64,000 nucleotides of DNA from Acidobacteriota bacterium (GTDB lineage: Bacteria; Acidobacteriota; UBA4820; DSQY01): the NCBI GenBank assembly GCA_037443845.1, contig JBBINO010000003.1:12489-76488 (forward strand). The letters run 5' to 3'. This document shows, one piece after another, positions 9,334-17,132 of the stretch. Positions within the stretch are counted from its first letter, which is position 1. Each line of letters opens with the position of its first letter. Made by a program: the position numbers and the translations under genes. Below the pieces are notes generated by a model. That model was not told where the DNA came from. It was given only the letters and a program-made list of their open reading frames with translations, and did not search any database.

Positions 9334-11253
9334 TTATAAAATGTACTTCCCTCTTGCAGTGTAGCACGTGTGAAGCAACTTGTGGCTTTGGTGCCCGCAC
9401 GGCCCGTCGGTGAGGAAGTTCTCGTAGAGGTGGGCCACCGCCGGGTTCTCGTATGACTTGCGCACCTGGTAGGCGGCGTCCTCCGCATAGATCGCCTTCG
9501 CCCGCGCGGCTCTGATCTCGGGGCTCGTCGGAATGGGCTGGCCCCCGCCTCCGAGACAACCACCGGGGCAGGCCATGAATTCGATGAAGTGGCACTCGCT
9601 GAATTTCCCTCCGGCCTTGATGTTGTCGAGAACCCGTTTCGCGTTGGCCGTGCCGTGGGCCACCGCCACCTTGAGGGTCGCCCCCTTCAGCCATTTCCAG
9701 TCCTTGAAGTGCTTGTCCAGAATGGGAGGAACTGGGCCCACGTCCTTTATGGGAAGCTCGGCGTACCTTATTCCCTCGAACCCGCGGACCGGCACGATGT
9801 CGGCGTGGTCAAACAGCTTTTCCACTTTGATGCCGCAGACGAGCTCAATCACCGTCCTCAACGCCGATTCCATGACGCCGCCCGTCGCGCCGAAGATAAC
9901 GCCTGAGCCGGTCGCCGTGCCGAAGGGCTCGTCAAAATCGGACTTCGGCATATTCGGGAGGTCCACGCCGGCCTCCTTTATCATGGCGGCCATCTCGCGC
10001 GTCGTCAGCCCGTAGTCAACGTCCTTGAAGCCGCTGTCGCACATCTCCGGGCGGTTGCATTCGAACTTCTTCGCCGAGCACGGCATCAAGGCCACGCTCA
10101 CGATGTCGGCCGGGTTGAGGCCGTTGAGCTTCGCGTAGTAGGTCTTGATGACGGCGCCGAACATCTGCTGGGGGCTCTTGGCGGAGGATAGGTGCGGGAT
10201 CATCTCGGGATGGAAGTGTTCCAGGTACTTGACCCACCCCGGGGAGCAAGACGTGAACTGCGGCAGCGCCACCGCCTTGTCCTTTTCCACCAGGGCCTTG
10301 TGCAGCCTCGACAGAAGCTCGGTACCCTCCTCGATTATCGTCAGGTCGGCGGTGAAGTTGGTGTCGAAAACCCTGTCGAAGCCGCAATGTCGCAGCGCGG
10401 TGTTCATCTGAAAAGTGAGCGGAGTCCCCGGCGGGCAATTGAAGCATTCGCCGATCGCCGCCCTCGGCGACGGAGCGGTCTGAATGACCACGTGCTTTCC
10501 GGGATCGTCAATCGCCGCCCAAATTTCGTCGGTCGGGTCGCTAGCCGCCAGGGCCGAGGTGGGGCACCTGTTTATGCACTGGCCGCAGTTGATGCAGACG
10601 ACGTCACCGAGGGGCTTGTCCATGAAACAGGCGATCTTCGTCTCCTGCCCCCGGTTGACGGCTTCTAGGACTCCGACCTCCTGGAGGTCTATGCACGTAC
10701 GGACGCAGCGCCGGCAGAGGATGCACTTGTTCATGTCCCTGACGACCGAATAGCTCGACTGGTCTATGGCGTACCTTGGCTTTTCCATCTTTCCGAAGCG
10801 AAACCCGTCCACGCCGTATTCGCCGGCCAGGCTTTGCAGCTCGCAGTTCCCGTTGCGCCAGCAGGTGTAGCATTCGCCGTAATGGTTCGCCAGCATGAGG
10901 TCGAGGATGTGGCGGCGCGCCTGCCTGACTTTTCGAGTGTGGGTGCTGACTTTGACAGGCTGGGTCACCGGGTAGGCGCACGAAGCCTGGAGCGTTCGCT
11001 GTCCCTCGATCTCCACGACGCAGACCCGGCAAACTCCGGCGATGCAAAGGTCGTCGTGGTTGCACAAGGTTGGGATCCTTATGTTCATCTCCTTGGCGGC
11101 TTCCAGGATGGTCGTGCCGAACGGAACCTTAGCCTCAACGCCGTCTATCGTCAAGGATACGCTGGCGCCGATTCCGTCACCGGCCGAGGCCACCGGCACC
11201 ACCTGCCGCCTCTGGCTGACCGGGGCCCGGCTTTCGAGGTTCTTGGATGTCAT
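9334..11253 (-). CDS. hydA: [FeFe]-hydrogenase catalytic subunit HydA (large, NADH-dependent/bifurcating type; N-terminal 2Fe-2S plus Fe-S domains and H-cluster domain)
   Basis: H-cluster signatures TSCSPGW (L1), MPCSAKKFE (L2), ACPGGCLGGGGQP (L3). Two ferredoxin-like 4Fe-4S motifs CILCRRCVRTC and CINCGQCINRC. N-terminal plant-type 2Fe-2S (CNHDDLCIAGVCRVC) and a His-ligated cluster (HYGECYTC). 639 aa. Confidence 0.9.
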   Translation of the reverse strand: MTSKNLESRAPVSQRRQVVPVASAGDGIGASVSLTIDGVEAKVPFGTTILEAAKEMNIRIPTLCNHDDLCIAGVCRVCVVEIEGQRTLQASCAYPVTQPVKVSTHTRKVRQARRHILDLMLANHYGECYTCWRNGNCELQSLAGEYGVDGFRFGKMEKPRYAIDQSSYSVVRDMNKCILCRRCVRTCIDLQEVGVLEAVNRGQETKIACFMDKPLGDVVCINCGQCINRCPTSALAASDPTDEIWAAIDDPGKHVVIQTAPSPRAAIGECFNCPPGTPLTFQMNTALRHCGFDRVFDTNFTADLTIIEEGTELLSRLHKALVEKDKAVALPQFTSCSPGWVKYLEHFHPEMIPHLSSAKSPQQMFGAVIKTYYAKLNGLNPADIVSVALMPCSAKKFECNRPEMCDSGFKDVDYGLTTREMAAMIKEAGVDLPNMPKSDFDEPFGTATGSGVIFGATGGVMESALRTVIELVCGIKVEKLFDHADIVPVRGFEGIRYAELPIKDVGPVPPILDKHFKDWKWLKGATLKVAVAHGTANAKRVLDNIKAGGKFSECHFIEFMACPGGCLGGGGQPIPTSPEIRAARAKAIYAEDAAYQVRKSYENPAVAHLYENFLTDGPCGHQSHKLLHTCYTARGKYIL

Positions 11254-12449
11254 TGTCCCCTCCCTTCAAAACACCGCTCCCTCCCGAGCACTTCGTCCTT
11301 GAAGTTCGCGGCGATGGAGATGAAGGCGTTGGGCGCCGACTGCCCGAGGCCGCACTTCGAGGCCAGTTGCATCGTTTCGCCCAAGGCGAGGAGCTCCTTG
11401 AGGTAGGTCATGGAGCACTTTCCGCTTTCGAGCTTTTCTATTCCTTCCAGCAGGACCTTCGTGCCGTACCGGCAAGGCGTGCATTGGCCGCACGACTCCT
11501 CGGCGAAGAATTCCATGAAGTTCTTCGCGGCCAGAAGCATGTCTCGCTCTTTTCCGAAGACGATAACCGAACCGCCCGTCGGGATGTCCTCGAAGGCGAG
11601 CGCCCTGCTGAACTGCGCGGCCGGGACGCAATGGCCGGAGGCGCCGCCCACCTGCACCGCCTTCGCCTCCTCGCCCCCCACCTCCTTCAAAAGCTGGGCG
11701 ATGGTTATGCCCATGGGCAGCTCGTAAACCCCGGGCCGCTCGCAGTCGCCGGAGACGGAAAATAGCTTCGAGCCGGTGGATTTGCCGGTCCCGATTTTCT
11801 TGAACCACTCGGCGCCTTCCGACATGACGCGCGCCGCGAGCGCCAGCGTCTCGACGTTGTTCACTATCGTCGGGCAGCCCAGGTAGCCGGTGTTGACCGG
11901 GAAGGGCGGCCTGTTCCTGGGCTCGCCCCTGTGGCCCTCGAGCGATTCGATCAGTGCCGTCTCCTCGCCGCAGACGTAGGCGCCAGAGCCGAGCCTGATC
12001 TCGATGTCGAATGAAAAATCCTTTTTCCCCGAGACGGCTTCTCCCAGCAACCTTCCGCGGCGCCTCGCGTTCAACGTCTCTTCGAGGCCGGGCAGGAGAT
12101 ACCCGTATTCACCACGCAGGTACATGATTCCGGACCCGGCGCCGATCGCGTAACCGGCTATCGTCATTCCTTCGAACACAAGATCCGGATAAGAGGCGAG
12201 AAGGACTCTGTCCTTGAAGGTCCCAGGCTCGCCTTCGTCGGCGTTGCAGACGACAAATTTTCTGTTCCCCTGCGCGGCGGCGGCTATGTTCCATTTCATG
12301 CCGGTGAGGAAACCCGCGCCGCCCCGCCCCTTCAGCCCGGATGCCCGAACCTCGGAAATCACGTCGCCGCGCGTCATCGCCAAAGCCCTTGCCAGCCCGG
12401 CCTCGGGCATAAAATCACCAAACAGAATCGGTCCCTTGAGGGCGCTCAT
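11250..12449 (-). CDS. NuoF-like flavoprotein subunit of the hydrogenase (HydB/beta, NADH-binding 51-kDa family), minimal form
   Basis: NuoF hallmarks GLKGRGGAGF (FMN/NADH site) and ESCGQCTPCRYG (N3 4Fe-4S). Start set at ATG 12449 (MSALKGPILF), with AGGAGG 7 nt upstream, immediately after the TGA of the upstream NuoE-like gene (TGACATG). About 400 aa, so it lacks the extra N- and C-terminal Fe-S domains of Thermotoga-type HydB. Confidence 0.85.
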   Translation of the reverse strand: MSALKGPILFGDFMPEAGLARALAMTRGDVISEVRASGLKGRGGAGFLTGMKWNIAAAAQGNRKFVVCNADEGEPGTFKDRVLLASYPDLVFEGMTIAGYAIGAGSGIMYLRGEYGYLLPGLEETLNARRRGRLLGEAVSGKKDFSFDIEIRLGSGAYVCGEETALIESLEGHRGEPRNRPPFPVNTGYLGCPTIVNNVETLALAARVMSEGAEWFKKIGTGKSTGSKLFSVSGDCERPGVYELPMGITIAQLLKEVGGEEAKAVQVGGASGHCVPAAQFSRALAFEDIPTGGSVIVFGKERDMLLAAKNFMEFFAEESCGQCTPCRYGTKVLLEGIEKLESGKCSMTYLKELLALGETMQLASKCGLGQSAPNAFISIAANFKDEVLGRERCFEGRGQ

Positions 12450-12450
12450 G

Positions 12451-12963
12451 TCAGTGTCCCTCCTTCTGAGAGGCGTAAACGGAGAAGCTGCGGCGGCACG
12501 CTTCCAAAATGTCATGGACTTTCTCCGCCGTCACTTTCGAGAAGACCTGGTCGTTTACAAGGAGCGCCGGCCCCTGGTCGCACATTCCCAGGCAGTTGGC
12601 CCATTCGAGGGTGAACTTGCCGTCGGCAGTGGTCTGCCCGAATTTGACGCCCAGCTCGTTTTCAAGCTGGCGCGCCACCCTCTCCTTGCCCTGCATGTCG
12701 CAGGAGATCGTGCGGCAGAGCCGTATCACGAACTGCCCCTGGCGCCTGGCCTTGAGGAAGGCGTAGAAGGTCACCACGCTGTAAACTTCGACGGGGTGGA
12801 TGTTCAAAAGGCTCGCGACCTCCTGCATCGCGTAGTCGGAAATGTGATGGTACCTTGACTGGACCGTTTGTAGAATCGGCAGGAGCGCCGAGCGGTCCCG
12901 GCCGTAGCGGCCGGCTAGCGCCACGATCTCACCCGAAAGCCTTTCCTGATCGGCAATAAACAT
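12451..12963 (-). CDS. NuoE-like thioredoxin-fold 2Fe-2S subunit of the hydrogenase (HydC/gamma, 24-kDa family)
   Basis: Cys spacing of the NuoE family (CRTISCDMQG ... CLGMCDQGP). 170 aa. Translationally coupled to the upstream and downstream genes. Confidence 0.85.
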   Translation of the reverse strand: MFIADQERLSGEIVALAGRYGRDRSALLPILQTVQSRYHHISDYAMQEVASLLNIHPVEVYSVVTFYAFLKARRQGQFVIRLCRTISCDMQGKERVARQLENELGVKFGQTTADGKFTLEWANCLGMCDQGPALLVNDQVFSKVTAEKVHDILEACRRSFSVYASQKEGH

Positions 12964-12964
12964 G

Positions 12965-13342
12965 TCAGCCCCCCTTCTTCAGAAGCGCGCCGGCGCGCTC
13001 CAAGAGCTTGGCCGGGGCGATCGGCTTCTCCTGAAAATCGTCCACGGGCACGACGTCCTCATGGCGGCCGAAGGAAAGACCCGTGACGCTCCCCAGGCTA
13101 GTAAGCATCAGGATCGGCTTTTTGAATCCGCGCCTTCTAAGCTCGCGGGCCATCGCTATACCGTCGTCCGGCTCCTCCATCATCACGTCCAGAAGGAGAA
13201 GGTCTGGCTTGAATTTCTCGGTGGCCTGGAGTCCGTCCCGCTGGTTGGACGCCGAAGACACCTTGTGTCCCGCCTTCTCGAGCACCAGCCGGATCGTTTC
13301 GGTGATGTCGGGATCGTCATCCACTACCAATATCTTCGCCAT
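12965..13342 (-). CDS. Stand-alone response-regulator receiver (CheY-like REC, no output domain), first gene of the hydrogenase operon
   Basis: MAKILVVDDDPDITE ... DLLLLDVMM ... LTSLG ... receiver-domain signature with a conserved phospho-acceptor Asp. 125 aa. RBS AAAGGAG 7 nt upstream. Its stop abuts the NuoE-like start. Confidence 0.8.
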   Translation of the reverse strand: MAKILVVDDDPDITETIRLVLEKAGHKVSSASNQRDGLQATEKFKPDLLLLDVMMEEPDDGIAMARELRRRGFKKPILMLTSLGSVTGLSFGRHEDVVPVDDFQEKPIAPAKLLERAGALLKKGG

Positions 13343-13530
13343 CAGAGGCTCCTTTCAAGCGCCCTCGCGAAAGGGCGCTCTCTGGTTTTAATCTATCTTC
13401 ACTGGTGTCAGATAGGGAGGAAATAGAGGAAGGAGAGGATTTCGCTGAGGTAATTAACCCATCACATGGGCGTTATGGCCCACAACTATCTTCGTTGCTT
13501 GTCCGCTTGAGCGCGTCTCGCCGCGCGCCG

Positions 13531-14355
13531 TTAGACGAAAAAGTCGTTGGGAAGCTCCGCTTTTGGGTCAACGGCGTAGCGGGTAAGATCCTGGACGCCC
13601 TCTTCGCGAAGCACCTCTTCGTCAATGAAACAGTTTCCGGAGCAGCCCCGGCTTTCGCGGCTAAGCACGAACCACGCCGCGTCCGCGACGATCTCCGGCT
13701 TCCGGCAGTGGCGGACCGCCTCTTCCCCGCCCAGAATGTTTCTAACGGCGGCGGTCGCTATGCCGGTCTTGGGCCAGAGGGCGTTGGCGCCGAGCCCAGC
13801 GCTCTTGAATTCCCTTGAAAGCCCCAGCGTCACCATCGTCATGCCGTACTTCGTCATCGTGTATGGAGCCATGCCCTTGAACCACTTCGCATCGGTGTTG
13901 AGCGGAGGAGAAAGGGTGAGGACGTGCGGGTTCGCCGCCTTCAGCAGGTGCGGCATGCACGTCTTGGAGCATAAAAAGGTGGCGCGCGCGTTGACCTGGA
14001 ACATGAGGTCGAAACGCGAGAGCGGCAGATCCATGGTGCCGCTCAGGTTTATCGCGCTGGCGTTGTTCACTAGGATGTCAATTCCGCCGAAGGTTTCGAC
14101 GGCTTTTGCGACGGCGGCCCGCACCTGCTCCTCGTCCCTGACGTCGCAGGCGACGGGCAGCGCTTTCCCGTCGGCGGCTATCATCTCTTCGGCCGCCGTA
14201 AAAATGGTACCTTCAAGCCTCGGATCAAGCCGCGTCGTCTTCGCCGCAATTACGACGTTGGCGCCGTCCTTCGCCGCCCTGATTCCTATCGCCTTGCCAA
14301 TGCCTCGGCTCGCGCCGGTGATGAAGAGCGTCTTTCCCGCCAACGAGCGCATCAA
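13531..14355 (-). CDS. Short-chain dehydrogenase/reductase (SDR, HSDL2-like)
   Basis: TGASRGIGKAI Rossmann motif, NNAS, YTMTK catalytic Tyr-x3-Lys. 274 aa. Confidence 0.8.
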   Translation of the reverse strand: MMRSLAGKTLFITGASRGIGKAIGIRAAKDGANVVIAAKTTRLDPRLEGTIFTAAEEMIAADGKALPVACDVRDEEQVRAAVAKAVETFGGIDILVNNASAINLSGTMDLPLSRFDLMFQVNARATFLCSKTCMPHLLKAANPHVLTLSPPLNTDAKWFKGMAPYTMTKYGMTMVTLGLSREFKSAGLGANALWPKTGIATAAVRNILGGEEAVRHCRKPEIVADAAWFVLSRESRGCSGNCFIDEEVLREEGVQDLTRYAVDPKAELPNDFFV

Positions 14356-14418
14356 GCACCTCCCGCTTAAATGAACCCCCGAGAGACCGGGTGAGGAATC
14401 CTATTTCCCAAGCGCCGG

Positions 14419-15054
14419 CTATTTTTTCTCCGGCCCGATGATTCCGAGCCGTTCAAGCGCAGGAAGGACGGCGCGGCTTACGGCGCGCCCCTTCCTGGCC
14501 GCCGAGTCCGACGCAAGCGTCTCGGTGGTGCCGGCCCAGACGACCTTGCCCTCGCCTCCCGTCAGCCAGAGCGTCGTTTCGAGCCCCACCACGTCGTACT
14601 CTTGGACGTAACCAGGGTCCCAAACGTAGTCGTACCAAATCGAATAGGTTCCCCAGTACGGCCCCGGGACGACGTACGGCACGGCGTAGCTGTAGCCGGG
14701 AATGTAGGTCGCGCGGTGCTCCTGCCCCAACGCCCTGGTGACGAGCGCCGCGTCGTAGCCGCCTTCTTTCACCTTGGCGGCGACCTCCTTCTCCGTGGGC
14801 TTGGCCTCGGGCATCACGTCGTACGAGGGCACCGCATCAATCCCGCGCTTCGCGAGACCGGCCACCACGATCTCCTCGAAGATGCGGCGGGAAGCCGTGT
14901 CCTTGTTGGTGGCCAGCACCAGAACGCGCTTTAGCGGCCCGTGGTAGGAGGGGTCGGCCCAGACGTTCTCAAGCCTGTGCGTGGCGCAGCCGGAGAACAT
15001 TCCGGCCGCCACCGCCAACAGCGACAAAGACAAGAACCTTGACCTGGCGTCCAT
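14419..15054 (-). CDS. Hypothetical lipoprotein
   Basis: Signal peptide with lipobox LAVAAGMFSGC. 211 aa. No recognisable catalytic motifs. Lies between glmS and the SDR on the same strand. Confidence 0.6.
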   Translation of the reverse strand: MDARSRFLSLSLLAVAAGMFSGCATHRLENVWADPSYHGPLKRVLVLATNKDTASRRIFEEIVVAGLAKRGIDAVPSYDVMPEAKPTEKEVAAKVKEGGYDAALVTRALGQEHRATYIPGYSYAVPYVVPGPYWGTYSIWYDYVWDPGYVQEYDVVGLETTLWLTGGEGKVVWAGTTETLASDSAARKGRAVSRAVLPALERLGIIGPEKK

Positions 15055-15066
15055 GTCATGCCTCCT

Positions 15067-16857
15067 TCAATCAACGGTAAGCGTCTTGCTCAAATTCCTG
15101 GGAAAATCGGGATCGTATCCGCGGGCCACGCTCATCCTGTAGGCGAGAAGCTGCAACGGTATCGTCGCGAGAATTGGCGCGAACAATGGGCCTGAAGGTG
15201 GGAGCGGAAGGAGCGCCTTGGCGTTGGCCTTGAGCCTCTGGTCGTCCTCGGCCACGACGATCGTGTTGGCTCCCCTGCACGCGGTCTCGTTCAGGCCGCT
15301 CACGGCCAGGTGGATGTCTTCGGGGCCGGCGACGAAAATTATCGGATAGCCTTCGTCAACCGCGGAGAGCGGCCCGTGCTTGAACTCGGTCGAGAGCATC
15401 CCCTCGCAGTGAGAGTAGGTGATCTCTTTAAGCTTCAGCGCCCCTTCGAGAGCGATCGGGTAGGTTAGGCCGTAGCCAAGGCAGTAGAGGTCCGGCGCAT
15501 CGTGAAGTTTGCCGGCCACTTCGCCTATGAGGGGGTCCGTCGTCTTGATGGCATCCTCGATAAGCCCCGGCAGCACGGCCAGTTCCTTGGTGTCCAGCCC
15601 GCCCATCCGCATCGCCAGGTAGAGAAACGCGACGCACTGGTTGGTGAAGGTCTTCGTCGCCGGGACGGATATCTCGTAGCCGCAGGCCAGCGGCAGGTAC
15701 AAGTCGCTCGCGTTCATCAGCGTCGAGCCCAGGACGTTGACCAGCCCGAGTATGGCCGCGCCCTTCGAGCGCGCCGCCTCCAGAGCGTTGAGGACGTCCT
15801 TCGTCTCGCCGCTCTGGCTGACGAAGAGGCACGCGTCGTCCGGGCCAAGCGCCCCGAGGTACTGGGCGAGGAACTGCGGCGCCAGGACGGGAACGGCCGC
15901 CCGGCCAGCGAGCCTGGCCAGGTAGACGGAACCGAGGATACAGGCGTGGTAGCTCGTGCCACAGGCGACGAGGTAGAGATTGCGCGCGTCCTGCATCTTC
16001 GACGCGAACTTCCGCGCGTGCTTGGAGGCCTCGAGCAGGTGGATCAGCTCCGCCGCCATCTCCGGCTGCTCGTGGATCTCCTTCAGCATGAAATGCGCGT
16101 AGCCGCCCTTCTGCGCCGCCTCCATGCTCTCGGTGATCTCCTCTGGCTCGCGCTCCACCCGCGCACCGCTTTCCGCGCTGAAGACCTCGGCTCCACCGGC
16201 CCGAAGCACCGCGATGTCGCCGTCCCTCAGCCTGATGATTCGCCTGGTGAGCGGAAGAAGGCAAGGCAGGTCAGAGCCGGCGCATGTGAAGCCATCGCCT
16301 AGCCCGACGACGAGGCCAGATCCCTTCTTGAAGACGTAGAGGCAATCCTCGCCGCTCAGGCCTACGACGAACGCGTAGTCCCCCTTTAGATCGGCCGCCG
16401 CCATGCGGATAGCCTCGACCATCGGAAGGCCCTTCTTGGCGTAACGCTCGACGGCGTGAACGCACGATTCTCCGTCGTTGGTGGAGCGCACCGTCATGCC
16501 TTCGGCGATGAACTGCTCCCGAAGCTCCACGTTGTTTACGACGTTCCCGTTGTGGGCGCCTATCATCCCGCCGCCGCTATCCAAGTGCGGCTGGGCGTTG
16601 GCCTTCGAGGGGGCGCCGAAGGTGGCCCAGCGAAGCTGCGCCATGCCCCTGACGCCTCGCATTCCTTCGAGGCCAAGCTTTTGGGCGACCTCCTCCACCT
16701 TGCCAACGTCCTTCCTGAGATCAATCTCCCCGCGCTCGGAAATCGTCGCGCAGCCGACCGAGTCGTAACCCCGGTACGAGAGGCGGCGCGACGCCTCGAC
16801 CAGCACAGGCCCGAGCTTGCCCTCCTTTTCCATCACTATCCCGAAGATGCCGCACAT
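15067..16857 (-). CDS. glmS: Glutamine--fructose-6-phosphate aminotransferase
   Basis: Starts MCGIFG, the Ntn Cys-1 glutaminase domain. Two SIS domains with SQSGET and the C-terminal KTLTVD/E-like end. 596 aa. RBS GGAGGG. Confidence 0.9.
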   Translation of the reverse strand: MCGIFGIVMEKEGKLGPVLVEASRRLSYRGYDSVGCATISERGEIDLRKDVGKVEEVAQKLGLEGMRGVRGMAQLRWATFGAPSKANAQPHLDSGGGMIGAHNGNVVNNVELREQFIAEGMTVRSTNDGESCVHAVERYAKKGLPMVEAIRMAAADLKGDYAFVVGLSGEDCLYVFKKGSGLVVGLGDGFTCAGSDLPCLLPLTRRIIRLRDGDIAVLRAGGAEVFSAESGARVEREPEEITESMEAAQKGGYAHFMLKEIHEQPEMAAELIHLLEASKHARKFASKMQDARNLYLVACGTSYHACILGSVYLARLAGRAAVPVLAPQFLAQYLGALGPDDACLFVSQSGETKDVLNALEAARSKGAAILGLVNVLGSTLMNASDLYLPLACGYEISVPATKTFTNQCVAFLYLAMRMGGLDTKELAVLPGLIEDAIKTTDPLIGEVAGKLHDAPDLYCLGYGLTYPIALEGALKLKEITYSHCEGMLSTEFKHGPLSAVDEGYPIIFVAGPEDIHLAVSGLNETACRGANTIVVAEDDQRLKANAKALLPLPPSGPLFAPILATIPLQLLAYRMSVARGYDPDFPRNLSKTLTVD

Positions 16858-16932
16858 GAAGCCCCCTCCAGCCGGCGCGCCCGCGCGCGGCCCTATTGTA
16901 CCTCACCGCGCGGCGGAAAGAGATGCACGAGA

Positions 16933-17059
16933 CACAAGACACCAAACACTTCTTCTCCTCCGTGACCTTGGCGCATGTAATGCAACTATTATCGCTCCTC
17001 CGTGCCTCGGCGCCTTCGATTCAATCTTTCATTCCTTCGTGACCTTTGTGGCCTTGGTG
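16933..17059. repeat. Repeated intergenic element, copy A: heptamer tract plus conserved CGTGACC-box blocks
   Basis: 16933-16967 CACAAGACACCAAACACTTCTTCTCCTCCGTGACC matches 39215-39248 at 31 of 34 positions. 17020-17059 TTCAATCTTTCATTCCTTCGTGACCTTTGTGGCCTTGGTG matches 39379-39418 at about 34 of 40. An internal motif YTCCGTGRCCTYGG recurs four times. Lies in the glmS / zinc-ribbon-gene divergent intergenic region. Confidence 0.5.
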
Positions 17060-17132
17060 TTCTCCGTGGTGAGAATGCTTTTCGCGCCGCGAAGCGGCGA
17101 AGGGCGGGGCGTGGTATGCTTTTACGGAGGAG

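Noticed and set aside
16858-17132. Possible glmS ribozyme in the glmS 5' leader
   Set aside because: I could not recognise the conserved glmS ribozyme core or pseudoknot segments in the minus-strand leader, and the region is instead occupied by repeat element copy A. A covariance-model search with Infernal would be decisive.
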